25,659 nucleotides of DNA from an uncultured Eubacteriales bacterium. GTDB lineage: Bacteria; Bacillota; Clostridia; Oscillospirales; QAKW01. Within the stretch, counting starts at the first letter, position 1. Each line of letters starts with the position of its first letter. Below the pieces are notes generated by a model. It was not told where the DNA came from and ran no database searches. It was given only the letters and a program-made list of their open reading frames with translations. The DNA is taken from assembly GCA_964383835.1 (NCBI GenBank), contig CAYLIT010000001.1:1-25659 (forward strand). Reading direction: 5' to 3'. The translations under genes were made by a program, and so were the position numbers. This document shows, piece by piece, positions 6,444 through 16,842 of the stretch.

Positions 6444-9400
6444 ATGATCACCTGGCTTTTGGGTCGCAGCGGTACCGGCAAGACCGAGACCCTGATGCAA
6501 CAACTGCCGCAGCTCGCGGTGCAATACGAGCAGGTCTTTTATCTGGTCCCGGAGCAGAGCTCCATGGGACTGGAGCGGGAGCTGGGGCGGGTGCACCTTG
6601 GCAACGTGAAGGCTGTTTCCTTCCGGCGGCTGAGCAACGAGATCTTCCGGCGGTTCGGCGGCGTGGCAGGCAGTTATATGACCGCCACTCGGCAGACGGC
6701 GTTGATCTATCGGGTGCTGCAGGAACAGCAGGCAAATCTGCACTATTACCGTAAGGCCCGCCCCACCATGGGGTTTGTGGGTCGCCTTTCCGAGGCGTTT
6801 TCGGAGTTTTCTCTCTCCGGCCTGACCCGTGAGGCGGTTCTCCCGGTGGTGGAGGAGAGCGGCCGCCGGGATTGGCAGGAAAAATACCACGATCTCTTTT
6901 TGCTTTACGATGCCTATCGGGCGGCTTTGGATGCGGAAAACCGTTCCGCCGCCGAGGATCTGGCCGCCGCCACTGCCCTGGCGGCAGAGCATGAATTTTT
7001 TAAAAATTCTGCCGTTTTGATCGACGGCTTTTTCGGCTTTACCGGCCGCCAGCGTGAGCTTTTGCAGGTGATCTTCGCCCAAAGTGAGCGGGTGATCTGC
7101 ACCCTGTTACTGGATCCGGCGGACAACTCCCTGCTGTTTTATACCGCGAAAAAAGAATGGGAGTCCTTAAAGCGGCTGGCAGGGGAGGCGGAACAGCAGA
7201 CCCTGCGGCTGGAGGGACCCTCTCATCGCCTGCAGTATGAGGATCTGCAGTTTTTGGAGCGGCATCTTTTTGCCGCCGCAGAACCGGCGGCGATCACCCC
7301 TGCCCACCTGAGGCTGATGACCGGGAGGAATATCCGGGAGGAGCTTTCCATGGTGGCGGCGGATATCGCCAAAAAGGTACGCGAGCAAGGGCTTCGCTAC
7401 CGGGACTTCGCCCTTTTGGCGGGGAGCCTGGAGGAATACGGCCCCATTGCCGAGACGGTGTTTGCCAAATACGGGGTGCCCCTTTTTGTGGATCGGGGCC
7501 GCTCCTCCCTGGGCAAGCCTGTTTTTGCCTTCGTGCAAAGCGCCTTGCGTTTGATCAGCCCGGAGCGGTACTTCCGCCAGGAGGATCTGCTGACCCTTTT
7601 AAAGACCGGCCTTTGCGGCGAGGACCGGGATCTGATCAGTCGGTTTGAAAATTATTGCACCATGTGGCAGATGAGCGGCGAGCGGCTGATCCGGGACGCG
7701 GATTGGACCCAGAATCCAAAAGGGCTGGGCAAGCTCGACGAGGAGGGAAAAGCCCTTTTGGCCGAGCTGAACGCGCTGCGCTTGCGCCTGCGTGAGCCGC
7801 TGTTGCGGTTTAAGGAGCGGGCGTCTGCCGGGACCGGTAAGGCCTTGGCCGAGGCGGTCTACGGGCTTTTGACCGATTTTGAGGTGGAAAAACACATCAC
7901 CGCCATCGCCGAAGGGTACCTGGCCGAAAGTGCCGCCGGCGAAAATGCCTGGGAGACCCAGCAAAACCGTCGCCTCAGTCGGGAGTATCTGAAATTATAC
8001 AGTGTCATGACCGACATTCTGGACGATATCTACCTGGTGTTCGGCGATGCGCCCCTCTCCCTTTACGCCATGGAGGAGCTGATCGGTCTTTGCGGGGAAG
8101 AGACCGCCTTGAACGTTACCCCGCCCACCCTGGACGCCGTTTCCATGGGCGAGGTGGCCCACAGCCGCCTGCAGGACGTCCATTCCCTCTACGTGGTGGG
8201 AGCCAACCAGGGCATTCTGCCCATGCCGGTGGGGGATAACGGCCTGATCGGGGACGGGGAGCGCCGCCTGTTTGTGGCCCACGATCTTCCCTGTAACGCT
8301 ACCCTCCAGCAAAATACCCTCCAGGGGCAGTATCGCCTTTATGCGGCGCTGTTTTCTGCCCGGGAGGAGCTGACCTTTACCCATAGTGCTTTCAGTATGA
8401 CCGGCGAGGCGCTTTTGCCCTCGGTCTACCTCGAAAAGCTGCGTCGGCTGACCTCTCTTGCGCCGATACTGCGCAGTGATATGGACGCTTATGACTTTGC
8501 CCTCACCCCCGAGGGCGCCCGGGAGCTGATCGGCTGGGAGCCCTCCTTGCAGGAGGATATTCTGGCGGAATTGGGCGAGAAGCCCTTGCCGCCCCGAGAT
8601 CCCGACGACCGCCTGCCGGAAGAGGTGATCCGCCGCATCTTTGGCGACCGCCTGCGGCTGAGCTACAGTCAGATCAGTCTTTACCAGGATTGCCCCTTCC
8701 GTTATTTCCTGGAAAAGACTATGGGCATTCGCGAGCTACAGCCCATTACCTTTGATGCGCCCAATATCGGTACCTTTGTGCATTACGGCATGGAAAGGCT
8801 GATGAAGGCGTTGCGGGAAGAAAAATTCAATTACGATCTGTATACTTCTGATAAAATTCAACAGTTCGGAGCGCAGTTGGCAGAGGAATATCTGCAGGAT
8901 CAGCTGAAGGATTTCAACCGGACCAATCGTTTTGTCTCCCTGTACCGCCGGATGACGTCCCTCTTCTGCCTGGTGGCAGAAAACGTGCTGGGCGAGCTGC
9001 GGGAGGGGCGTTACGTCCCCTACGGTGAGGAGGTCTCTTTGGAAGGGGTCCGTCTGCCCTTGAAGGGCGGCGCCACCGCCGAACTGATCGGCTCGGTGGA
9101 TCGGGTGGACACCTATGAAGAGGACGGCAAGACCTATCTGAAGGTCACCGACTATAAGACCGGCTCCCGTAAATTTGATCTGAAGGGGATCACCAATCGG
9201 GACGGTGTTCAGTTACCTATCTATCTTTACGGTTTAGCGAAGAGCGGAAGATGGGCAGACCCGATTCCCGGGGCGGCCTGCTATATGGAGGCCAAGACTC
9301 CGGTGCTGAAGACCGCCTTTGATCCGGCGGAGCTGGAGGAAAAGCTCCGGGATTTCTATAAAAGAAACGGCGCCTACAACGGCGATGAAGCCGCCCTTTC

Positions 9401-9713
9401 GGCGCTGGACGGCGCAAAGGGCGGGCGCTACTTTGGTATCCGCTATCTGAAAAGCGGCGGTCTGCACAGCGGCGAGACCAAGGTCTATGAGCCGCAGATG
9501 ATGCAAGAGCTGGTGGAGCATATGGAATGCGTCATCCGTGAGACGGCCGAGGAGATCCTCTCGGGTGAGGCGGCGATCCGCCCCTTGAAGGGGGCTGGGC
9601 ACGACGCCTGCGCCTATTGCACCTTTCAGGCGACCTGCGGCCATCGGGCGGGATGCGACCCCGAGCGCCGCTATTCCGAGGATCCCATGGGATGGAGGGA
9701 AGAGCATGAGTAA
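6444..9713 (+). CDS. addB: ATP-dependent helicase/nuclease subunit B (AddB/RexB)
   Basis: ATG 6444 after AAGGAG; Walker A GRSGTGKT and LVPEQ; C-terminal nuclease with CPFRYF, DRVD..DYKTG and CAYC...C (Fe-S staple cysteines); overlaps addA. Confidence 0.93.
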   Translation: MITWLLGRSGTGKTETLMQQLPQLAVQYEQVFYLVPEQSSMGLERELGRVHLGNVKAVSFRRLSNEIFRRFGGVAGSYMTATRQTALIYRVLQEQQANLHYYRKARPTMGFVGRLSEAFSEFSLSGLTREAVLPVVEESGRRDWQEKYHDLFLLYDAYRAALDAENRSAAEDLAAATALAAEHEFFKNSAVLIDGFFGFTGRQRELLQVIFAQSERVICTLLLDPADNSLLFYTAKKEWESLKRLAGEAEQQTLRLEGPSHRLQYEDLQFLERHLFAAAEPAAITPAHLRLMTGRNIREELSMVAADIAKKVREQGLRYRDFALLAGSLEEYGPIAETVFAKYGVPLFVDRGRSSLGKPVFAFVQSALRLISPERYFRQEDLLTLLKTGLCGEDRDLISRFENYCTMWQMSGERLIRDADWTQNPKGLGKLDEEGKALLAELNALRLRLREPLLRFKERASAGTGKALAEAVYGLLTDFEVEKHITAIAEGYLAESAAGENAWETQQNRRLSREYLKLYSVMTDILDDIYLVFGDAPLSLYAMEELIGLCGEETALNVTPPTLDAVSMGEVAHSRLQDVHSLYVVGANQGILPMPVGDNGLIGDGERRLFVAHDLPCNATLQQNTLQGQYRLYAALFSAREELTFTHSAFSMTGEALLPSVYLEKLRRLTSLAPILRSDMDAYDFALTPEGARELIGWEPSLQEDILAELGEKPLPPRDPDDRLPEEVIRRIFGDRLRLSYSQISLYQDCPFRYFLEKTMGIRELQPITFDAPNIGTFVHYGMERLMKALREEKFNYDLYTSDKIQQFGAQLAEEYLQDQLKDFNRTNRFVSLYRRMTSLFCLVAENVLGELREGRYVPYGEEVSLEGVRLPLKGGATAELIGSVDRVDTYEEDGKTYLKVTDYKTGSRKFDLKGITNRDGVQLPIYLYGLAKSGRWADPIPGAACYMEAKTPVLKTAFDPAELEEKLRDFYKRNGAYNGDEAALSALDGAKGGRYFGIRYLKSGGLHSGETKVYEPQMMQELVEHMECVIRETAEEILSGEAAIRPLKGAGHDACAYCTFQATCGHRAGCDPERRYSEDPMGWREEHE

Positions 9714-12700
9714 AATTCAATTTACCCCCCGTCAGGAGCAAGCCATCTCGGGTCGGGGCGACGCCCTTTTGGTATCGGCCGCCGCCGGTAGCGGTAAGAC
9801 CGCCGTGCTGGTGGAGCGTGTATTGCGCTACCTGGCAGAACAGCAGGGGGATATCCGCAGGCTGATCATCATGACCTTTACCGAGGCTGCCGCCGCAGAG
9901 ATGCGGCAAAAGATCAAAAAAGCGGTGGACGGCTACCTGCGTGAAAACGGCGGGAACGACCATCTGATGCGTCAGAGCACCTTGATCGATGGGGCGCAGA
10001 TCGGTACCATCCACAGCATATGTCGCAGTCTGATCACCGCCCATTTTGAGCAATTGGAGCTGGACCCCCGTTGCCGGCTTTTGGATGAGACCTCCGATTC
10101 CGCCATGATCGAGGAGCAGGCCGAGGAATTGCTGGAGGAGCTTTTTGGCAGTGAGGACGAGGACGTTCGTTTTCTGCTGGATTGCTACGCCGCAGGCCGT
10201 GAGGACGACACCCTGAAGGGGCTTTTGATCCGCGGACTGGGCTTTTTGGAAAAGCAACCCTTGCCGGAGGATTATATTCGCCGTACCCTGTCCCCCTACG
10301 AGCGGGGGGAAGAGGGGCTGTTCGCCTGCTTCGCCGAGGACGGTCTTTACGAGTATATTTCCCATCAGTTGCAGGAACTGCAGGCCCGTTACCTCTTTTT
10401 GGTCCATCGGGCCGGGCGGCATCCTTCCCTTTCGGGGATGCCCTTACTGCTGGATCTTTTAGAGGAGGATCACCGCCGTCTGTGCCGATTGAGCGAGGTG
10501 CTGGAACAAAGGGATTACGACGCCTTTTTAGCCGCCCTGAACAGCTTAAAATTCGGCACCTTGAGCTGGAAAAAGTTCAATCAAGGGGAATCGGACGAGG
10601 CGGCCCAGGAAATGCTGACCGACGCCCGTCAAAAGTGCAAGGATGCGTTCAGCGCCTTTAAAAAGAGCTTTACCGCCACCGAGGCGGAGGAGCTGGAGCG
10701 GATCGCCTGCGAGGGGCGGTTGCTTCGTACCTATCTCAACGCCTGCATGGAGCTGCGGGAACGGCTGATCCGGGCACGGCGTAAAAGCGGCTGGATCACC
10801 TTCCAGGATATGGAGCAGTTGGCGGTGGAGCTTTTGGTGGAGTCCTACGACCCTGCCACCGATACGGTGGTTCCCACGTCGCTGGCGCTGCAGCTGCGGC
10901 AGGACTACGACGAGATCATCATCGATGAGTTCCAGGATACCAATCGGGCTCAGGACCTCATCTTCCGCGCCCTCTCCAAAGACGGGAAGAACCTGTTCAT
11001 GGTGGGGGATATCAAGCAAAGTATCTATCGTTTCCGGGGGGCGGAGCCGGAGATCTTTAACCAAAAGCGGGCCCGATCTGCCGCTTTTACCCATGAAAAT
11101 CTGACCGAAAAAACGGTGTTGGAGCTGAACGCAAACTTCCGATCCCATCCCGGAGTTTTGCGGTTTGCCAACCGGGTGTTCCGGGGCATTATGAGTCCCG
11201 AGCTGGGCGGCGTGGAGTACGATGCGCGGGAAGAGCTGATCCCCGGCCGTGAATTTTTACAAAAAGAGGACACCCGGGCGGAGCTTCATTGGCTGGCGCC
11301 TACCGAGGATCCCGCCACCGGTAAAAAAATGGAGGCGACCCTCCAGAATGCCCGCTATACCGCTCAGTTGATCGAAAAAATGGTGCGGGAGCGGGAAGAG
11401 CTTTTGTTGCCCGATGAAGAAAAACGCCCGGTAGAGTATCGGGATTTTGCCATCCTGTTGCGTACTGCCGCCGGCGCTTCGGCGATCTTTGAGGCAGAGC
11501 TGCAAAAGCGGGGCATTCCGGTGGTCAACCGCAACGAGGGGATCCGTTTCTTTGAACTGCAGGAGGTGCAGAGCATTCTTTCGTACCTCTTGGTGATCGA
11601 CGATCCCTATAACGACGTGGCGTTGGTTTCGTTGCTGTACGGGGATTATTTCCGGTTCACCGTCGGCGAACTGGCGGCTATGCGCCATCGTCATACCCCT
11701 CTTTATGATAATCTGCGCAAGGCGGCAGAAACCGACCTTAAAGCTAAAAAGGCCTATGATACCATCGAGGGCTATCGTCAGTTGGCGGGAACGCTGTACG
11801 TTTACGATCTGCTGTGCCACATCTATCAGGAGAGCGGGGTGTTCGCCGCCTACGCCGCCGAGGAGGGCGGCACCGAAAAGTGCGCCAATCTGGAGCTTTT
11901 GGCCGAGGATGCCCGTCGGTTCGAAAAAGAGGGGTATCGAGGGCTGTATGCCTTTGTGCAGCATATCCGGCTCACCAAATCCGGTGTAGAGAGCGGTGCC
12001 CGGCTGAAGGCCGAGGAAAACAGCGTGCGGATCATGAGTATGCACAAATCCAAGGGCCTGGAATTCCCCGTTTGTATTTTGGGCGATTGCCGTAAAGAGA
12101 TCAATCTCAGAGATCTGAGCGATCGGATCCTGTTCCACGGCCGTTACGGAGCGGCGCTGGAATACATCCGTCCCGAGCTGTATCTGCGTACCCGCTCTCT
12201 TTCCCAAGAGGTACTGGCCGACCAGATGTTTGCCGATTGCATCAGCGAAGAAGAACGGGTGCTCTACGTGGCGTTGACCCGTCCGGTCAGTAAAACGATC
12301 GTACTGGTCAACGGTGCGCCGGAGGCGTTGACGGCGCAGGTGGCTGAGGCGGTCGCCTTAGGAAAGAAGATCCCCACCTGGCTGTTAAAGAAAAAACGCA
12401 CCTCCTTTGCCTCCTGGCTGATCACCCTGATGGCCTGCAGTGCAGAGGGTGCCGCACTGCGCCGCCGCTGCGGTCTGCCCGAGGGGGATTACCCGGCCCT
12501 GGGCGCCACCTGGATCGAGGGTGAATTGGAAGAAGAGCGCGAAGCAGAATCGCCGCAACAGCAACAAGCGGCCGTTTTCGACCGGGCCGCCTTCCGCACC
12601 CGGTTGGATTGGGAATATCCCCATCTTTCGGCGGTACGGCTCCCTGCCAAGCTTTCGGTCTCTGAACTGAAGGGTCTCAGGGAGCAGGACGAAGAGGCGG

Positions 12701-13257
12701 AGCCTCTATTGGAGGAGCGGATCAAGACCGCCCGGCCCCGGTTCGTCAGTCGGTTCCGTCCCCGTGGCAACGAGGTGGGCAACGCCCTTCACCAGGCGTT
12801 GCAGTTCAGCGATTTCCCCGCCCTGCAACGGGATCCCGAAAAAGAGCTGGACCGCTTGGTTCAGCAGGGCTTTATCCTGCAGAGCCAGCGGGAGCTGATC
12901 CCCCTTGAAAAACTGCGTCGCTTTACCCAAAGCCCTTGCTTCAACGCTCTGCTTTCGGCAGAAAGCTACAGCAAGGAGGAACGGTTCCTGTTCCCCATGC
13001 CCGCGTGTGAGCTGTTCGGTCCCGAGGCGGAGGGTGAGATCCTGATCCAGGGCGTACTGGACTGCTACAGCGTGCGTGACGGCCGCGCCGTCATCCTGGA
13101 TTATAAGACCGACCGCGTGGAGCGGGAAGAGGAACTGATCCGCCGTTATCGGGTGCAGATGGATCTTTATGAGGAGGCGCTTCGTCGGGTCAAGGGTCTT
13201 ACGGTGGAACGCCGCGAGATCTATAGCTTCGCGCTGGGAAAATCCATTATCGTTTGA
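9706..13257 (+). CDS. addA: ATP-dependent helicase/nuclease subunit A (AddA/RexA)
   Basis: UvrD-type motifs AAAGSGKT, TFTEAAA, DEFQDTN, VGDIKQSIYRFR, NFRS, HKSKGLEF, LYVALTR; C-terminal nuclease QGVLD..DYKTD. Confidence 0.95.
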   Translation: MSKIQFTPRQEQAISGRGDALLVSAAAGSGKTAVLVERVLRYLAEQQGDIRRLIIMTFTEAAAAEMRQKIKKAVDGYLRENGGNDHLMRQSTLIDGAQIGTIHSICRSLITAHFEQLELDPRCRLLDETSDSAMIEEQAEELLEELFGSEDEDVRFLLDCYAAGREDDTLKGLLIRGLGFLEKQPLPEDYIRRTLSPYERGEEGLFACFAEDGLYEYISHQLQELQARYLFLVHRAGRHPSLSGMPLLLDLLEEDHRRLCRLSEVLEQRDYDAFLAALNSLKFGTLSWKKFNQGESDEAAQEMLTDARQKCKDAFSAFKKSFTATEAEELERIACEGRLLRTYLNACMELRERLIRARRKSGWITFQDMEQLAVELLVESYDPATDTVVPTSLALQLRQDYDEIIIDEFQDTNRAQDLIFRALSKDGKNLFMVGDIKQSIYRFRGAEPEIFNQKRARSAAFTHENLTEKTVLELNANFRSHPGVLRFANRVFRGIMSPELGGVEYDAREELIPGREFLQKEDTRAELHWLAPTEDPATGKKMEATLQNARYTAQLIEKMVREREELLLPDEEKRPVEYRDFAILLRTAAGASAIFEAELQKRGIPVVNRNEGIRFFELQEVQSILSYLLVIDDPYNDVALVSLLYGDYFRFTVGELAAMRHRHTPLYDNLRKAAETDLKAKKAYDTIEGYRQLAGTLYVYDLLCHIYQESGVFAAYAAEEGGTEKCANLELLAEDARRFEKEGYRGLYAFVQHIRLTKSGVESGARLKAEENSVRIMSMHKSKGLEFPVCILGDCRKEINLRDLSDRILFHGRYGAALEYIRPELYLRTRSLSQEVLADQMFADCISEEERVLYVALTRPVSKTIVLVNGAPEALTAQVAEAVALGKKIPTWLLKKKRTSFASWLITLMACSAEGAALRRRCGLPEGDYPALGATWIEGELEEEREAESPQQQQAAVFDRAAFRTRLDWEYPHLSAVRLPAKLSVSELKGLREQDEEAEPLLEERIKTARPRFVSRFRPRGNEVGNALHQALQFSDFPALQRDPEKELDRLVQQGFILQSQRELIPLEKLRRFTQSPCFNALLSAESYSKEERFLFPMPACELFGPEAEGEILIQGVLDCYSVRDGRAVILDYKTDRVEREEELIRRYRVQMDLYEEALRRVKGLTVERREIYSFALGKSIIV

Positions 13258-13337
13258 AATTTTTGCCATAAAACCTGCAGTTTTTGAACCATATTTTGGC
13301 GGTTTTCGAAATTTTTTGACAAATTTCAAAATAGGGT

Positions 13338-13366
13338 TTTACAAAGCGCGTATTATATTGTAAAAT
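13338..13366 (+). promoter_or_regulatory. Sigma-A promoter for prs
   Basis: TTTACA (13338-13343), 17 bp, TAAAAT (13361-13366); T-tract-rich upstream region. Confidence 0.65.
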
Positions 13367-13408
13367 AATATGGAAAACCAAACATTAAGAAGTGTGGAGG
13401 AAGCAAAA

Positions 13409-14590
13409 ATGGCGGATTATTTAGAGGATCTTATCAACATTCCCGTTGGCCCCATGGGCGTCATCGCAATGCCCGGCTGTGAGGAGATCGGTCAGCGGAT
13501 CGATTTCTATCTGCGCAAATGGCGTAAGGAGCGCGAGAATGAGCACAAGGAGACCATCACCTTCCGCGGTTATGAGCGGGAGTCTTATCTGATCGAGGTG
13601 ACCTGCCCTCGCTTCGGCAGCGGCGAGGCCAAGGGTATGATCAAGAGATCGGTGCGTGGTCTGGATCTGTATATTGTAGCCGACGTTTTTAACTACAGCA
13701 TTGAATATGAAATGTATGGGCGCAAGGTTCCCATGAGCCCCGACGATCATTACGCTGATCTGAAGCGTATTATCGCCGCCTGCCAGGGTAAGGCCAAGCG
13801 GATCAACGTGATCATGCCCATGCTCTACGAAGGTCGTCAGCACCGCCGTAGCCACCGTGAGTCCCTGGACTGCGCAACCGCTCTGCAGGAGCTGGTGGCA
13901 ATGGGTGTGGATAACATCATCACCTTTGACGCCCACGATCCCCGTGTTCAGATGGCCATCCCCTCCCACGGTTTCGATAACGTAATGCCCACCTATCAGA
14001 TGATCAAGGCACTGGTCAACAACGTGCCCGACATCGAGATCGATGCCGATCACCTGATGATCATCAGCCCCGATGAAGGTGCCATGGCCCGCGGTATCTA
14101 TTTCTCCTCGGTGCTGGGTGTTGACCTGGGTATGTTCTATAAGCGGCGTGATTACAGCCGCGTGGTCAACGGCCGTAACCCCATCGTTGCCCATGAGTAT
14201 CTGGGCACCGACGTGGCAGGCAAGAATATCATCATCGTGGACGATATGATCTCCTCCGGCGACAGCGTGCTGGACCTCGGCAAGAAGCTCAAAGAGCTGA
14301 ATGCCAAGAACATCTACGTTTGTACCACCTTCGGCCTGTTCTGCAACGGTCTTGAGCATTTCGACCAGGCTTATAAGGACGGCTATATCAAGAAGGTGTT
14401 CACCACCAACGGCATCTACTCCACCCCCGAACTGCTCGCAAGAGAGTGGTACTGCTCCGTGGATCTTTCCAAGTATATCGCTTATATCCTGGATACCCTG
14501 AACCACGATGCTTCCATCAGCAATCTGCTGGAGCCCACCACCAAGATCAATACCCTGTTGATCAACAAGGGCAAGAGAACTGCAAAATAA
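13409..14590 (+). CDS. prs: Ribose-phosphate pyrophosphokinase
   Basis: ATG 13409 after GGAGG; RFGSGE, ITFDAHD, ISPDEGA, PRPP-binding IIVDDMISSGDS. Confidence 0.93.
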   Translation: MADYLEDLINIPVGPMGVIAMPGCEEIGQRIDFYLRKWRKERENEHKETITFRGYERESYLIEVTCPRFGSGEAKGMIKRSVRGLDLYIVADVFNYSIEYEMYGRKVPMSPDDHYADLKRIIAACQGKAKRINVIMPMLYEGRQHRRSHRESLDCATALQELVAMGVDNIITFDAHDPRVQMAIPSHGFDNVMPTYQMIKALVNNVPDIEIDADHLMIISPDEGAMARGIYFSSVLGVDLGMFYKRRDYSRVVNGRNPIVAHEYLGTDVAGKNIIIVDDMISSGDSVLDLGKKLKELNAKNIYVCTTFGLFCNGLEHFDQAYKDGYIKKVFTTNGIYSTPELLAREWYCSVDLSKYIAYILDTLNHDASISNLLEPTTKINTLLINKGKRTAK

Positions 14591-14602
14591 GCGAAAAATA
14601 AG

Positions 14603-14633
14603 AAAAAATACCCGCCGATGGCGGGTATTTTTT
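14603..14633. terminator. Bidirectional intrinsic terminator between prs and the convergent operon
   Basis: AAAAAATACCCGCC-gat-GGCGGGTATTTTTT. Confidence 0.88.
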
Positions 14634-15504
14634 ACTTTTCAGATTGTTGCTTGTTGATATAGAAGCAATAGCGTGCTTCTCCTTCGTAGCCGTCACGATC
14701 CCAATAAGCGCGGATCTCCACGATATAGCCGCCGGGGGCACTGTCCATCTGGTAGTTGCTGTTCCAATAGTCGGTGATGTCGTTGCCGCCCACGTTTTTG
14801 CCAAGGTCGGTATCGTACCAGCAGAAGGATTCCATCCGGTCGGGGGCGGTCTCAAACTTCAATGAAACCTTGCCCTCGATGAAATCCAACCGATCCTCTT
14901 GGGTGAGGATCGCCAGAGGTCCGGAGCTATCGGCATGGGTGGTGGCGGTTTTTCCTTCGGTTTCGTAGGTCCAGGTGTAGGTCCCCAGCTTCGCGGTGGC
15001 GGTCTTATCACCGCAGGTTACCGTCATAGCGGGCGGTTTGGTGAGGATGGGCTCCTCGGCGGTAGAGTTGATGACGACCACGTAGGTGGCGCTCCCGCTG
15101 TAGCGTTTCGCCTCCCATGAGGCGGTGATGGCATAGACGTAACTGCCGTTCCGCAGGGGAAACTCATTGCCGCTCATCTGGACGTAGTTGCTTTCGGCTT
15201 GGTGATTGCCCCGCTGATCCTCGCTCCAGCATTTTACGGAGATACTTTGGGGCTGAGCTCCGAATTGAAGGGTTGCGGTAGCTTGGTCGGTTAGCACCGC
15301 TTCGTCTTGTGTATCTAAAGGATGAATTCCGTCGGCTATGACGCTGCTGTCACGGCCGATATCCCAATGATAACTGCCGGATTGGACGTTGATCTGTTGA
15401 TCCCCGCAGATGACCGTTGCCCGGGGCGGCTCGGTGAGAACCTCTTCCAAAGAACAGCCGGTCAAAAGCAGTAAGAGTGCAAGAAAAAGAGCAAACCGTT
15501 TCAT
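14632..15504 (-). CDS. Lipoprotein with two tandem copies of an uncharacterised beta-rich domain
   Basis: MKRFALFLALLLLLTGC lipobox; repeats LTEPPRATVICGD..GSYHW..CW..ASW..GSATY and LTKPPAMTVTCGD..GTYTW..CW..AYW..GEARY. Confidence 0.85.
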   Translation of the reverse strand: MKRFALFLALLLLLTGCSLEEVLTEPPRATVICGDQQINVQSGSYHWDIGRDSSVIADGIHPLDTQDEAVLTDQATATLQFGAQPQSISVKCWSEDQRGNHQAESNYVQMSGNEFPLRNGSYVYAITASWEAKRYSGSATYVVVINSTAEEPILTKPPAMTVTCGDKTATAKLGTYTWTYETEGKTATTHADSSGPLAILTQEDRLDFIEGKVSLKFETAPDRMESFCWYDTDLGKNVGGNDITDYWNSNYQMDSAPGGYIVEIRAYWDRDGYEGEARYCFYINKQQSEK

Positions 15505-15505
15505 G

Positions 15506-16528
15506 TTATTTCTCCTTTCGCTTGTAGCAGACGATGATCAGCACCACGGCGGCAATCACCGCTACCGCCACCAATACGATGGCTACGATCAACAGAGGAT
15601 CCATGGGAATGCGTAGGGGCGGCTCCTCCGGCAAAAAGACCTGGTTGGTGGGGGATTCCGGCTGAACGGTTTCGACCGTGTCTGTTGCACCGTCGCTTTC
15701 GGGGGCTTCCATGTCGGTGTCCCTGTCCTCCGTTTCGTTGTCGGGGAGCGGCTCCTCCAACCCAGTGTCGGGGGAGGTTACATCGGTATCGGGCTCCACC
15801 ACATCTGCGACCGGAGTTTCCGGCTCCGGATCGGTGGAGGTCTCCGGATCATCAGAGGCGTCAGATTCCACCTCGGGCAGTTGGATGTCGGCCGCATATT
15901 TTTCAAATTTTTCCATGTTGGGGTCGCCGCCGAAGGGCTCGATTACCTTATCGGGGCTGCTGAAGCAGATCCATTCCCCGCGGATGCCCCGGTAATAATC
16001 GACCCGTCCCCAGATCCGTCCCTCCGCGTCGGTATAGCGGGAGGTGGCTTTGAGTTCAGTTATCTCGCCGGTGTACGGATCCGGATCCTTGGCGCCGGGG
16101 TACTGATAGATAAAGATCTTCTCGGTCTCTGCCGGCAGGGACAGTATTTCCTGGGTGATCTCATCGGCAAATTCTTCGCAGAAGGATGAATCGTCGTAAA
16201 TGCGGTAAAGATCACTCATCTTGACCCATTTCCCTGTGAGCTGAGAGGTGCCGTTGATGACAGAGACCATCCCCCAATCCTCGTAGGTGCAGAAGATATG
16301 GAGCTTTTGGGCGTTTCTGAGATAATCTACGAGGGTGCCGTCCGGCTTTTTGTAGAGGGCAATATAGCCCTTTTCGCCGTTGGAGTAGTAATCTCCTCCC
16401 ACATGAGAGCAGGCTGTTTTGTGGGATTCATAAAAATCTGATTCAGGTGCCCACACCACGTCCCCGAAGGCGGCAAAACCCTGGAGTAAGAATAACGTTG
16501 CAATGACCAAACTTAAAATTCGTTTCAT
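15506..16528 (-). CDS. Exported, C-terminally membrane-anchored protein with acidic stalk (possible SH3-like repeats)
   Basis: N-terminal signal peptide; D/E/P/T-rich linker; C-terminal hydrophobic helix followed by KRKEK; ATGA overlap with the upstream gene. Confidence 0.82.
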   Translation of the reverse strand: MKRILSLVIATLFLLQGFAAFGDVVWAPESDFYESHKTACSHVGGDYYSNGEKGYIALYKKPDGTLVDYLRNAQKLHIFCTYEDWGMVSVINGTSQLTGKWVKMSDLYRIYDDSSFCEEFADEITQEILSLPAETEKIFIYQYPGAKDPDPYTGEITELKATSRYTDAEGRIWGRVDYYRGIRGEWICFSSPDKVIEPFGGDPNMEKFEKYAADIQLPEVESDASDDPETSTDPEPETPVADVVEPDTDVTSPDTGLEEPLPDNETEDRDTDMEAPESDGATDTVETVQPESPTNQVFLPEEPPLRIPMDPLLIVAIVLVAVAVIAAVVLIIVCYKRKEK

Positions 16529-16842
16529 AAGATCCCTCCGTTCATGATAAATCCAATCGAGCAGGAGACAACATTCAATAATAACGAGAATAGAAAAGGC
16601 TTTTTAAAGTGAGCAGGGAACAGGCGGTAACAGCACCCTTCGATCAGCACCGCCATGAGCTCCATGGGAAAGAGCAGGGCGGGGAAGAAGTTCCAGATCA
16701 GCACCAGTACGGGGTTGGTCAGCAGATTGACTGCCGCCGCCACCCAAAGACCGGCGCCCCGCACCTTGAGGAGCAACGCCAGCCCCAATTCGATGATCAG
16801 CGTGGCCGCCAGTGAGATGCCCAGCGATAACAAAAGATTCAT
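16525..16842 (-). CDS. Small integral membrane protein (about 4 TM), unknown function
   Basis: Hydrophobic 105-aa ORF with in-membrane polar motifs TLIIE, VNLLTNP, VLIE, LLNVVS; ATGA-coupled on both sides. Confidence 0.8.
   Translation of the reverse strand: MNLLLSLGISLAATLIIELGLALLLKVRGAGLWVAAAVNLLTNPVLVLIWNFFPALLFPMELMAVLIEGCCYRLFPAHFKKPFLFSLLLNVVSCSIGFIMNGGIL

Noticed and set aside
12259..12290. AddA motif VI reads LYVALTRP rather than TRA
   Set aside because: The key TR residues are retained; one substitution does not support altered function.
6444..13257. Helicase-nuclease pair as a novel defence system linked to the EEP genes
   Set aside because: Size, order and motifs match housekeeping AddAB. 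A terminator and a separate promoter divide it from the EEP operon.
13260..13340. T-tracts upstream of prs (and AT-rich tracts before both tRNA promoters)
   Set aside because: Shorter and less regularly phased than 3268-3390; consistent with ordinary UP-like regions.
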